A DNA stretch of 64,000 bases from Burkholderiales bacterium (GTDB lineage: Bacteria; Pseudomonadota; Gammaproteobacteria; Burkholderiales; Burkholderiaceae_C). The stretch's first letter is position 1, and each line of letters begins with the position of its first letter. The position numbers were made by a program, and so were the translations under genes. The stretch is from positions 4,065-68,064 of the forward strand of contig JANXXS010000363.1 in the NCBI GenBank assembly GCA_025350505.1, in the 5' to 3' direction. Positions 8,846-18,233 of this stretch are shown here, piece after piece. Below the pieces are notes generated by a model. The model was given only the letters and a program-made list of their open reading frames with translations, did no database searches and was not told the origin of the DNA.

Positions 8846-9634
8846 TCACGCCGCCGGATGGGTGACAAGCTTTCGCGCCACCGGCGGGATGAACATCTGC
8901 TGGTAGTAGACGACGTCGTCGCCGCCGCCGGCGTGGCGCACGATCTCGAGCAGGACGACCGGATCGTCCGGTGCGACGCCGATATGCGGCGCGACGTCGA
9001 CCGGCGCGTCGACGAGCTGAAGCGTCTGGCTGATGCCGCCCGGCGGCACGTTCGACTCCTCTCGAAGCAGCACCTTGAAGTTCGTGCCGGCGAGCTCGCC
9101 GATCGGCCGCGACGCGAGGCCCTTGAAGCGCTGGCCGTCGAAGTAAAAGCGACTGAAGACATCGAACTCGGCGTTGACGTTAAGCACGCGGTCGAGGCGC
9201 ACGACCTTGGTGTCGTGGTCCTTGAAGTGCACGCTCCACGGCCCGATGCGACGCCAGCGCCGGCGCGTCAGCACGTGCGAGAACACCGGCAGCAAGGTCT
9301 GGCCGTCATCGCCGAGGAAGCGGCAGTGGGCGACGTCGTCAATGCGGTGGTGTCCCGAGGCGACAAAGCTGCCGCTGCCCTGTTGCCGGCGCACGACGCC
9401 TTCGTCCGTCAGCGTGCGCAGCGCGCGTTGCACGGTGCCGAGGCTGAAGCCGGTCGCGGCGACGAGCTCGGTCTCGGTCGGCAGCCGCTCGCCGGCGGTC
9501 CAGTGGCCGGCGTTGATGCTTGCGAGCAAGGCCATCCGCAGTTGTGCGTGGCGCGACAGCGTGCCTTCGCCGCGGGCGAGCACGTGCGCAAGCGATTCGA
9601 GCTTGGCGGGGGCGGCGGCGACCTTGGTCTTCAT
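8846..9634 (-). CDS. GntR family regulator, HutC/UTRA type
   Basis: LPTETEL...SLGTVQRAL...RQQGSGSFV HTH plus C-terminal UTRA-like domain. Confidence 0.85.
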   Translation of the reverse strand: MKTKVAAAPAKLESLAHVLARGEGTLSRHAQLRMALLASINAGHWTAGERLPTETELVAATGFSLGTVQRALRTLTDEGVVRRQQGSGSFVASGHHRIDDVAHCRFLGDDGQTLLPVFSHVLTRRRWRRIGPWSVHFKDHDTKVVRLDRVLNVNAEFDVFSRFYFDGQRFKGLASRPIGELAGTNFKVLLREESNVPPGGISQTLQLVDAPVDVAPHIGVAPDDPVVLLEIVRHAGGGDDVVYYQQMFIPPVARKLVTHPAA

Positions 9635-9742
9635 CGGGCGGTGCGGGGTTGCTCGCTTGACAAGCCTAAATACTATAGAGGACTATGACGCTCGGGCACT
9701 CGAATTTACTGAGCCCGAACGACGCAGGCCGACGAAATTCCG

Positions 9743-10894
9743 ATGGCGCTCGACTTTTCATTCAGCTTCGAGCAGAACGCGTGGCGCGAGCACGTGCGCG
9801 CTTTCGCCGAGCGTGAGCTGAAGCCACACAGCCGCGCCTGGGACGCAGCGCAGGTCCTGCCGCGCGAGGCGATCCGCAAGATGGGCGCGGCCGGCATCCT
9901 CGGCGTCATCGGCGCGCCTGCGCTCGGCGGACAAGGTCGCGACTACGTGAGCCTCGGAATCGCGATCGAGGAGCTGGCCGCGGTAGATGCGAGCTGCGCG
10001 CTCATCGCCTGGCAGCAGGCGACGCATGCGCACTTCTTTCCCGGCTGGGGCGACGAGACGGTGCGTGCCGTCTATGCCGGCGAATGCGTCGTCGCGCTGG
10101 CAACCTCGGAAGAGAACGCCGGCTCCGATCTGTCGGCGATCGAGGCTAACGCAGTCGAGGACGGCGACGAGCTCGTCCTCAACGGCGCGAAGGTACACGT
10201 CAGCACGATGCCCGGCGCGGACGTGCTTGCGGTCTCGGCCAGGATCGTGGCGGCCGACGGGGGCAAGGCGAAGATGGTGCTACTACGCGTGCCGACGACG
10301 TTGCCCGGCGTCTCGAGCGCGGTCATGGAGCAGATGGGGGCACGCGCCCACGCGCTCGGCAGCGTCGACTTCCGCGACGTGCGCATTCCCGTCGGTGCGA
10401 CGCTTGGCGACGCCGGCCAGGGCAAGGCGATCATGTACGCGCGCTTCAACGTCTCCCGCTGCCTTTCGCCGCTCGCCGCCCTCGGCGCCGCGCGGGCCGT
10501 GCTCGACGAGACCAAGGCGTTCGCCAGGTCGCGCATCGTCTTCGGCAAGGCGATCGCGATGAACCAGTCTGTGAGCTTTCCGCTCGTCGAGCATCACGCG
10601 CGGATCGAAGCGGCGCGCCTGCTCGCCTACCGCGCGCTCGTCGCGAATGACCACGGCGAAGATGCGACCGCCGACGCCGCGATGGCCAAGTGGCTCGGGA
10701 TCTCGACCGGCGTCGCCTGCATTCAGGACTGCCTGCAGATGTTCGGCGCCAACGGCTACCTGAAGGACAACGGCATCGAGCAGCGTCTGCGCGACGTCTA
10801 TTCGTTCCTCTTCACGGGCGGCACCTTGAACATCATGAAGCTCATCCTCGTGCGCCATCTCGTCGGCGCCGAGTTCGCGGGGCTGCGCGCATGA
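9743..10894 (+). CDS. Acyl-CoA dehydrogenase family protein (atypical, no canonical catalytic Glu)
   Basis: ATSEENAGSD, LNGAK, FGKAI, AAMAK, QMFGANGY motifs. Confidence 0.85.
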   Translation: MALDFSFSFEQNAWREHVRAFAERELKPHSRAWDAAQVLPREAIRKMGAAGILGVIGAPALGGQGRDYVSLGIAIEELAAVDASCALIAWQQATHAHFFPGWGDETVRAVYAGECVVALATSEENAGSDLSAIEANAVEDGDELVLNGAKVHVSTMPGADVLAVSARIVAADGGKAKMVLLRVPTTLPGVSSAVMEQMGARAHALGSVDFRDVRIPVGATLGDAGQGKAIMYARFNVSRCLSPLAALGAARAVLDETKAFARSRIVFGKAIAMNQSVSFPLVEHHARIEAARLLAYRALVANDHGEDATADAAMAKWLGISTGVACIQDCLQMFGANGYLKDNGIEQRLRDVYSFLFTGGTLNIMKLILVRHLVGAEFAGLRA

Positions 10895-12132
10895 GTGGCC
10901 CGCTCGTCGGCTACCGCGTCCTTGAGCTCGGCTCGACCGTCGCCGGCCCGTTCTGCGGTCGCCTCCTCGCCGACTTCGGTGCCGAGGTGATCAAGGTCGA
11001 GCCGCCGGAGGGCGACCCGGTGCGCACGATGGGCAGGCACGTCGACGGAAAGTCGCTCTACGCGGCGAGCATCCTGCGCAACAAGCAGCTCGTCTCGCTC
11101 GACCTGCGCGTGCCGGCGGCGCGCGAGGTCGTCGCGCGCCTCGCACAGAAGTGCGACGTGGTCGTGGAGAATTTCCGCCCAGGCACGCTCGAGAAGTGGG
11201 GCATCGGGTACGAGCGGCTGCGCGAGAGCAATCCCGGCCTCGTCATGGTTCGCATCAGCGGCTTTGGCCAGAGCGGTCCGTACCGCGACCGGCCCGGCTA
11301 CGGGTTCCTCGGCGACGCGGTCGGCGGCATGCTACACATCAACGGCTATCCCGACCGGCCGCCGGTGCGCGCTGCGGTGCCCGTGACCGACATGGTGACC
11401 GCGCTGTACGGCGCCTTCGGCGCGGTGATGGCGCTCCTCTCGCGCAAGGCGACCGGGCAAGGGCAGGTCGTCGACGCCGCGCTCTACGAGTCGTCGTTCA
11501 GCCTCATGGAGTCGCACGTGCCGGCGTTCGAGAAGCTCGGCCACGTCGCCATGCGCGCCGGCTCGCGCCTGCCGGGCAGCACGCCGAACAGCCTCTACCC
11601 GACCGCCGACGGCGGCTTCATCGCGATGGCCGCGTCGAGCGACCCGGTGTTCCGCCGGCTCGCCTCTGTGATGGGCCGGCCCGAGCTCGGCGAGGACGCG
11701 CGCTTCGCGACGGCGCTCGCACGCGTCGCGAACCAGGATGTGCTCGACGCGATCCTCGCGGAGTGGACGAACGGCTTCGAGCTCGACGAGCTCGAGCCGA
11801 TGCTGCAGCAGCGCGACGTGCCCGCCTCGCGCGTCTTCACGATGGCAGACATCTTTGGCGACCCGCACTTCGCTGCGCGCGGCTCCATCGTCCACGCCGC
11901 CGACAACGAGCTCGGCAGCATCGCCATGCCGGCGCCGGCGCCGCGCCTCTCGGCGACGCCGGGCGAGGTGAGGCATGCGGGCGGCGCGATCGGCGCCGAC
12001 ACGGTCGACGTACTGGGACGCATCGGCAGCTACGACCGGGCGCAGATCGACACGCTGCTGTCAAGCGGTGCGGCCTTCGATGCCGCACACGTTAATCCAG
12101 GCGCGGCCGCGCCGGCGGAGAACCCCGCATGA
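10891..12132 (+). CDS. CaiB/BaiF (class III) CoA-transferase
   Basis: RVLELG..AGPF..LADFGAEVIKVE, ENFRPG, GFGQSGP, catalytic-position Asp in VTDMV. Confidence 0.92.
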   Translation: MSGPLVGYRVLELGSTVAGPFCGRLLADFGAEVIKVEPPEGDPVRTMGRHVDGKSLYAASILRNKQLVSLDLRVPAAREVVARLAQKCDVVVENFRPGTLEKWGIGYERLRESNPGLVMVRISGFGQSGPYRDRPGYGFLGDAVGGMLHINGYPDRPPVRAAVPVTDMVTALYGAFGAVMALLSRKATGQGQVVDAALYESSFSLMESHVPAFEKLGHVAMRAGSRLPGSTPNSLYPTADGGFIAMAASSDPVFRRLASVMGRPELGEDARFATALARVANQDVLDAILAEWTNGFELDELEPMLQQRDVPASRVFTMADIFGDPHFAARGSIVHAADNELGSIAMPAPAPRLSATPGEVRHAGGAIGADTVDVLGRIGSYDRAQIDTLLSSGAAFDAAHVNPGAAAPAENPA

Positions 12133-13601
12133 AGCCATCCAACGTCCTCTTCCTCTTCTCCGACGAACACGACCCGCGCTACATGGGCTGTTCGGGCCAT
12201 CCCTTCGTGAAGACACCGCACCTCGATGCGCTCGCCGCGCGCGGCACGCGCTTCACGAATGCCTGGACGCCGTGCCCCGTGTGCGTGCCTGCACGGGCGA
12301 GCCTGGCGACCGGCCGCTGGGTGCACGAGATCGGCAACTGGGACAACGCGATCGGCTACGACGGGCGCGTACCCGGCTGGGGCCACCGTCTCCAGGCTGC
12401 TGGGCGCCGCGTCGAATCGATCGGCAAGTTGCACTACCGCAACGGCACCGACCCGACCGGCTTCGACCGCCAGCAAGAGCCGATGCACCTGCTCGACGGC
12501 ATCGGCCAGCTCTGGGGCTCGGTGCGCGACCCGATGCCGGAGAAGGCCGGACCCTCGGCGCTCTACGCCAACGTCGGGCCTGGATTGTCGAACTACAACC
12601 GCTACGACCTGCGCATCACCGAGCTTGCGATCCGCTGGCTCGAGGACCGCGTCCGCGCGCCCGACGACGAGCCGTGGCTCCTCATGGTCGGTCTCGTCGC
12701 GCCGCACATGCCGCTCGTCGTGCCGCAGGAATACCTCGACCTGTACTTCGGCCTCGCCCTTCCCGAGCCCAAGCTTCTGCCGCGCCACGGCTACGTGCGC
12801 CATCCCTGGGTCGAGCGGATGACCTCGTTCTGGGACCACGACGCGACCTTCGAGTCCGACGCCAAGCGGCGCCTCGCGAAGGCCAGTTACTTCGGGCTCA
12901 TCACCTTCCTCGACACCCAGATCGGCCGCATCCTTGCAGCGCTCGCGCAAAGCGGCCTGGCCGGCGACACGCGGATCGTCTACAGCACCGACCACGGCGA
13001 CAACCTCGGCACGCGCGGCCTCTGGAACAAGGACGTGCTCTACCGCGAGTCGACCGGTATCCCGCTGATCATGGCCGGGCCGGAGATCGCGGGCGGCGTG
13101 TGCCGCACCAACGTCGGCCTGGTCGATCTCTATCCGACGTTCCTCGAGGCGACCGGCGTGCCGCTCGATGCGAGCGAGCGCAGCCTGCCCGGCCGCTCGC
13201 TCTTCGACATCGCCGCCGAGCCCGACGACGCCCAGCGCATCGGCTTCAGCGAGTACCACGCCGTCGGCGCCGAGAGCGGGGCCTACATGCTGACGCGTGG
13301 CCGATACAAATACCACCAATACGTCGGCCATCAGCCCGAGCTGTTCGACCTCCAGACGGATCCAGAGGAGCTGTGCGATCTCGCCGGCGATCCAGCCTAT
13401 GCCGCGGTCCTCGCCGAGATGGAGACGACCCTGCGCGCGATGCTCGATCCCGAAGCCGTCGACCGCCGCGCGAAGGACGATCAGAACGCTCTCGTGGCCC
13501 GCCACGGCGGGCGCGAAGCAGCCCTCGCCAAGGGCTACCCCGGTGAAACGCCGACCGCGCGCAAGTTCGACGCCGCGGCGAGCGACTCGCGACCCGGCTG
13601 A
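12129..13601 (+). CDS. Sulfatase (choline-sulfatase-like, formylglycine type)
   Basis: SDEH, CVPARASLATG (CxPxR), IGKLH, STDHGD. Confidence 0.9.
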   Translation: MKPSNVLFLFSDEHDPRYMGCSGHPFVKTPHLDALAARGTRFTNAWTPCPVCVPARASLATGRWVHEIGNWDNAIGYDGRVPGWGHRLQAAGRRVESIGKLHYRNGTDPTGFDRQQEPMHLLDGIGQLWGSVRDPMPEKAGPSALYANVGPGLSNYNRYDLRITELAIRWLEDRVRAPDDEPWLLMVGLVAPHMPLVVPQEYLDLYFGLALPEPKLLPRHGYVRHPWVERMTSFWDHDATFESDAKRRLAKASYFGLITFLDTQIGRILAALAQSGLAGDTRIVYSTDHGDNLGTRGLWNKDVLYRESTGIPLIMAGPEIAGGVCRTNVGLVDLYPTFLEATGVPLDASERSLPGRSLFDIAAEPDDAQRIGFSEYHAVGAESGAYMLTRGRYKYHQYVGHQPELFDLQTDPEELCDLAGDPAYAAVLAEMETTLRAMLDPEAVDRRAKDDQNALVARHGGREAALAKGYPGETPTARKFDAAASDSRPG

Positions 13602-13636
13602 AACGCCGGCTCGATCACAGACCACAGGAAACAACC

Positions 13637-14608
13637 ATGCGTGCTTTTTCGTCCCTCATCGCCGCCGCCTTTGCGACTGCTCTCGTCGTCGCAGGGTCGC
13701 TGGCCCACGCCGCCGAGCCGTACCCCAGCAAGCCAGTGACGATCGTCGTCCCCTACCCGCCGGGCGGCGTCACGGACGTCATCGCGCGTCTCCTCGCAAC
13801 GAAGCTCGGCGCGCGCTTGAACCAGTCGTTCATCGTCGAGAACAAGTCCGGAGCGGGTGGCACGATCGGAACCGACTACGTCGCGCATTCGAAGCCGGAC
13901 GGCTACACCCTGCTGATCATGATCGACACCAACACGATCGCGCCGGCGCTGTATGCCAAGCTTGGCTCCGACCCGATCAAGGACTTCGCGCCGATTTCGC
14001 TGCTCGCGACCGGGCCGCACATCATCGTCGCGCACCCGTCGTTCGGCCCCAACAACATGAAGGAGCTGATCGACTACGCCAAGGCACATCCCGGCGAGCC
14101 CTACGCGTCCTCGGGCAACGGCACCGGGCAGAACCTCGGGATGGAGGAGATCAAGCTGAAGGCGGGCATTGATCTGCGCCACGTGCCGTACAAGGGCGGC
14201 GGTCAGGCGATCAACGACGTCGTCGGCGGTCAGGTGAAGGTCGCCGTTCTCGGTCTCGCGCCAGTGCTGCCGTTCCTGAAGTCGGGGCAGTTGAAGGCGC
14301 TCGCGCTCACCGGCGACAAGCGCTCGCCCATCCTCCCGAACCTGGCGACCGTGGGCGAGACGCTGCCGGGGTTCGCGACGCTGCAATGGTTCGCCGCGCT
14401 CGCGCCCGCCGGTACGCCACCGGACGTCATCGCCAAGCTGCATGACGCCTTCGTGCAGGTCGCGCACGATCCGGAGATCGAGCAGCGCCTTGCAGCGATC
14501 GGCCTCGAAGTGCGCACGACGACGCCCGCGGAACTCAAGAAGTTCATGGAGGCCGATCTGCCGAAATGGCCGCCGCTCGTGAAGGCGGCCGGCATCAAGA
14601 TCGAGTAG
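13637..14608 (+). CDS. Tripartite tricarboxylate transporter substrate-binding protein (Bug/TctC)
   Basis: Signal peptide; VPYPPGGVTD, VENKSGAGG, PDGYTL, HVPYKGGG. Confidence 0.92.
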   Translation: MRAFSSLIAAAFATALVVAGSLAHAAEPYPSKPVTIVVPYPPGGVTDVIARLLATKLGARLNQSFIVENKSGAGGTIGTDYVAHSKPDGYTLLIMIDTNTIAPALYAKLGSDPIKDFAPISLLATGPHIIVAHPSFGPNNMKELIDYAKAHPGEPYASSGNGTGQNLGMEEIKLKAGIDLRHVPYKGGGQAINDVVGGQVKVAVLGLAPVLPFLKSGQLKALALTGDKRSPILPNLATVGETLPGFATLQWFAALAPAGTPPDVIAKLHDAFVQVAHDPEIEQRLAAIGLEVRTTTPAELKKFMEADLPKWPPLVKAAGIKIE

Positions 14609-14610
14609 CG

Positions 14611-15875
14611 ATGAGCGCGCCCGACACCGGCTCGATGCGGCTCGACGCCGACGAGACAGCGATGCTCGCCGGCCAGCGCGGCCCGGCCGCGCAGGAGGCC
14701 ATCCGCTTCCAGATCGAGGTCGGCCGCTTCTTCGATGCCAGGCGATTCGTCCGGATCACGAACGCGCACCTGATGGGCGACATCGAGGTGATGGGCGACG
14801 GAGGCCTGGGTCTGCTGCGGCGCCTCTCCGAGCAACATGCCGAGTGCAGCGTGCCCACTTCGACCAACGCGCGCTGAATGCACTTCGCCGATGTCGCGTC
14901 GCTGCGACAGGAGGAGGGTGAGATCGCGAAAGAGGAGGAGATCGTCGTTCGCCTGCGCGACATGCGCGCCGCGACGACGGACACCTGCATCAACTACCAG
15001 ACCGTCTACCAGCCCAAGCTCGGCGAACATGTCGCCTGGGGCGATACCGGCACGGTGATCTACGCCAACTCCGTGTTCGGCGCGCGCACCAACTACGAAG
15101 GCGGCATGGCGAGCTTCGCGGCGGCGATCACCGGACGCACGCCGGCCTATGGCTTTCACCTCGACGACGTCCGGCGCGGCTCGATCCCGGTCGAGGTCCG
15201 TGCGCGCCTCGTCGACAGCGCCGACTGGGGCGCGCTCGGCAAGATCGTCGGCCATCCCAACCAGGACTACTTCGCCGTGCCGGTCTTCACCGGCATCGAC
15301 CAGATGCCGCTCTCCGATTCGCTGAAGCACCTCGGCGCGTCGCTTGCGAGCTACGGTTCGCTGGCGATGTATCACATGGTCGGCGTCACTCCGGAAGCCG
15401 CGGACGAGGCAGCCGCGTTCGCCGGCCGCGAGCGGGCTGCGCCGATGGTCGTAAGCCAGGCCGACATCGACGCCGTGTACGGGGCCTATCGCTTCGTCGA
15501 GGGCGCTCACAACGTCGTCGTCTTCTCGGGCCCGCAGCTCTCGCTCTTCGAAATGCAGCACCTCGCGCGCCTCTTCGCGGGCAGGCGGGTCGCTGGCGGC
15601 ATGCAGGCTTTCGCGACCACCAACCACGCGGTCTGGAGCGACGCCAAGCGCCTCGGCTACGTCGACGTGCTCGAGGGGCCGGCGTCACGCTGCTGCAGGG
15701 CGTGTGCTTCTACATCCTGCAGCGACTGTCGCGCATCCGCGAGGAGAATGCCTGGACGAACCTGATCTCGAATTCCGGCAAGCTCGTCAACACGATCACC
15801 GCGCACCGCTTCAACACGGTGTTGCGGCGCACGGCCGAGTGCGTCGACATCGCCTGCACGGGGGTGCTGCGATGA
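14611..15875 (+). pseudogene. Aconitase X catalytic (large) subunit, interrupted by in-frame TGA (14875-14877) and a frameshift near 15677
   Basis: MSAPDTG...PTSTNAR*MHF...DTCINY...AWGDTGTVIYANSVFGARTN...TGRTP; homology continues in a shifted frame GVTLLQGVCFY...NSGKL to TGA 15875. Confidence 0.75.
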
Positions 15876-16279
15876 GCGCCGCGATCGAGGTCGTGCGCGG
15901 CTGGGGGCCGACCGTCGAGGGCGAGGCGCTCGTCCTGCGCGAAGGCTTCAGCCCGCGTTACGACCTCGATCGCTGGACCGGCCTGATCTCGCGCATCGGC
16001 CACAGCGCGGAGGGTCAGTCGATCAAGGATCGGATCCTCGTCATCCCGACCGCCAAGGGCGGCGTCGCGGCGGGCTGGGCGTTTTTCGATCTGCTTCACA
16101 AGCAGATCGCGCCGCGCGGCCTGATCTTTGGCAAGCTAAATCCGGTAATGGTGCAAGGCGCAGTGCTCGCGAGCATGCCGATCCTCGAAGGATGGTCAGC
16201 GGAGATCGCTGCGATTCGAACTGGCGATCGCCTAAGACTCATGCCGAGCTCGCGTCAGCTCGAAGTCCTACTTCCTTGA
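15872..16279 (+). CDS. Aconitase X swivel (small) subunit, DUF126
   Basis: MSAAIEVV...EGEALV...GQSIKDRILVIPTAKGG; ATGA overlap with large subunit. Confidence 0.8.
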   Translation: MSAAIEVVRGWGPTVEGEALVLREGFSPRYDLDRWTGLISRIGHSAEGQSIKDRILVIPTAKGGVAAGWAFFDLLHKQIAPRGLIFGKLNPVMVQGAVLASMPILEGWSAEIAAIRTGDRLRLMPSSRQLEVLLP

Positions 16280-16340
16280 CCCGTCGCCGGGGTGGTCAGT
16301 ATCAGGACAGGGCGTGCAAGAAGCACCCCTAGCGAAAGAC

Positions 16341-16395
16341 TGCGTCAACGCCGATTTGAAATGTCGCACGCCAGTCAAGCTCAAATGTCGCACCC
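16341..16395 (+). mobile_element. Orphan IS21-family-like terminal repeat (no transposase)
   Basis: TG-start TGCGTCAACGCCGATTTG followed by two AAATGTCGCAC direct repeats (16359-16369, 16383-16393), 24 bp apart. Confidence 0.5.
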
Positions 16396-16437
16396 ATGTT
16401 CGAAGGGGGACGCGCCTGGTCTTCAACGACAGGAATG

Positions 16438-17007
16438 TCACTGCGCCACGCCCACGGTCGATGAGCCAAGCCACGCACCCTTTCGGGAGAACTCTACCAC
16501 CAACTCCTTGACCAATTTCGCTACCACGCGAGCGCCGATAGTCGCCGGACGATGTCTGCCAAAGGCCAGCCATGTCACTTGGGAAATTGACGGCTTCACG
16601 ATGCGCGACGCACTGAACGTTCCATCAGTGAGTTCGGGCGCTGCGGCATGGCGCGGAAAGATCGTGCAGAGTCCAGAGTGCTTGACTGCATCGACGATGA
16701 TTGCTGCCGAACCGCTCTCCAGCAGTATGTCCAGGTCGATCGACTGATTGGCAGCGGACGTCGCAAGCAGGGTCACGAGACTGTTGGGACGGGCGGGAAG
16801 CGCGAGCGGAACTCGAGCAAGCGCGCGCAGCGGAATCGTCGCGTTCTTCGTGGAGGGATGGCCCCGAGCACTCACCAGCATCATTTCGGCTCCGATCAGC
16901 GGCTCAGCGTCGCGCACCTTTGCCTTGCGATAGCGGTTGAAAAGTCCTATCTCGACTCTTCCCTCGGCGAGCCATTCCTCCACTTGGCCGCTGTAGGCTT
17001 CCTCCAC
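16438..17007 (-). pseudogene. Truncated LysR-type regulator (substrate-binding domain only)
   Basis: EAYSGQVEEWLAEGRVEIGL...VPLALP...GLCTIFP typical LTTR C-domain; no HTH upstream. Confidence 0.7.
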
Positions 17008-17279
17008 GCGGTGAGTGCTGTGAGCTCAGAAAATGCGAGAGCTTGGTATATCGGTCGCACGCGGACTTGACACCCGTGTCGTCCGAAACGACGGCGACGT
17101 ACATGACGTTGTTCTTGGCGAACGGCTCTGTCGAACGCCGGCCGGACTTCACCTCGAGCGGCGCCATCGTTGCCTGATCTATAAACGCCGCTAGCAAGAT
17201 CCACAACACAAAGAGAGGTAAGTAATCTCCGTGACCGCAGCACGGAATTCCCGCGGCGGCAAGCCGGCGTGGTCGCCCT

Positions 17280-17927
17280 CTACTCGATTCGCGGGTGGGC
17301 CAAAAGGGAGCCTGATCGATTGAAATATGCGATCACATCCGCGGAACTCACCACGTCGCAGTAGCGTCGCCCGCAGTCCTGCAGATTGCGCTGATGCGGA
17401 CCTTCCCCTACGTCGCCACAGCAATCCTCAGGCACGATCACCCGATAGCCATAGGAGAAGGCATCCACGATCGAGGCGCGCACGCAACCTGACGTATTGC
17501 ACCCTGTGACTATCCCGGTATCGACATGGTGCTTGGTCAAGAAGGTCACCAGTGGGGTGGCGAAGAAGATCGACGGCGCGCACTTGTGGAAATTGAAATC
17601 GTAGGAGGGGTCGTAGATGCGTTCGTCCATCTCTTGTGTCGGGTCACCGTGGAACCAGCCTTGATGTAGCGCGCCGACCTTCCAATACCCCATGTCCTTG
17701 GGGCTTCCCCACCCCACGCGGCAGCTTGCGACCGGGACGTTGTGCGTGCGCGCGACATTCAGGAGTCGGGCCGTTCGCTCGACAGCGTCGTGGACAAGAG
17801 GTGACCGGCCCAGCTGGAAGCGCGGGTCGGTGAAGCCCTTCTGGAAATCCACCACCACGACGGCTGGCCTCTCGCCGTATCCGACGGGAACCGCGCCAAA
17901 GGAAGCAGCTGAATAGGTGTCGTTCAT
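17280..17927 (-). CDS. Isochorismatase-family cysteine hydrolase (maleamate amidohydrolase NicF / N-carbamoylsarcosine amidase-like)
   Basis: VVVDFQKGF (Asp), HKCAPSIFFAT (Lys), GCNTSGCVRAS (Cys), DAFSYGY. Confidence 0.85.
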   Translation of the reverse strand: MNDTYSAASFGAVPVGYGERPAVVVVDFQKGFTDPRFQLGRSPLVHDAVERTARLLNVARTHNVPVASCRVGWGSPKDMGYWKVGALHQGWFHGDPTQEMDERIYDPSYDFNFHKCAPSIFFATPLVTFLTKHHVDTGIVTGCNTSGCVRASIVDAFSYGYRVIVPEDCCGDVGEGPHQRNLQDCGRRYCDVVSSADVIAYFNRSGSLLAHPRIE

Positions 17928-18102
17928 GGCAAGCGCTCCGGGAATTGGCGAGGGACCGGGCTGGTTCGTACGAGGGGTGACTTCGGGCCCGCGGAATGGC
18001 CGAGACGATCGCCTGAGATCGACCCACGTCCACTGCCAGGGCAAGTCGGGCAGTTCCTCGATGCCCGTCTGGATGCGCGAGGCCGCTGAGCGTCAACGCG
18101 GA

Positions 18103-18147
18103 TTGTCACCCTGCGGATTAGTTGCTATATTGTAATTGTCCGGACAA
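18103..18147 (+). promoter_or_regulatory. Sigma70 promoter with palindromic operator TTGTCCGGACAA
   Basis: TTGTCA (18103-18108), 17 bp, TATATT (18126-18131); perfect 12-bp palindrome 18136-18147 upstream of ABC operon. Confidence 0.65.
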
Positions 18148-18233
18148 GATGGCGCCCGAACGGTCGAGCGCTCCACTGTCCGGCGGGGTCCGCCCTAGCT
18201 GCTCGCTTCCATGTCCATCTCCAAAGGCCTTTC

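Noticed and set aside
9657-9686. TTGACA and ACTAT repeats in the GntR/ACAD spacer as a copy of the shared operator
   Set aside because: Does not match TGTMCGGACA and the -10 is poor, so the UTRA-GntR cannot be assigned as the regulon's regulator from sequence alone
16359-16393. Direct repeats as a mini-CRISPR
   Set aside because: Only two 11-bp copies with a 13-bp gap and no cas genes; better explained as an IS end
16904-17243. Short minus-strand ORFs upstream of the LysR fragment
   Set aside because: No recognisable family or HTH; likely gene debris
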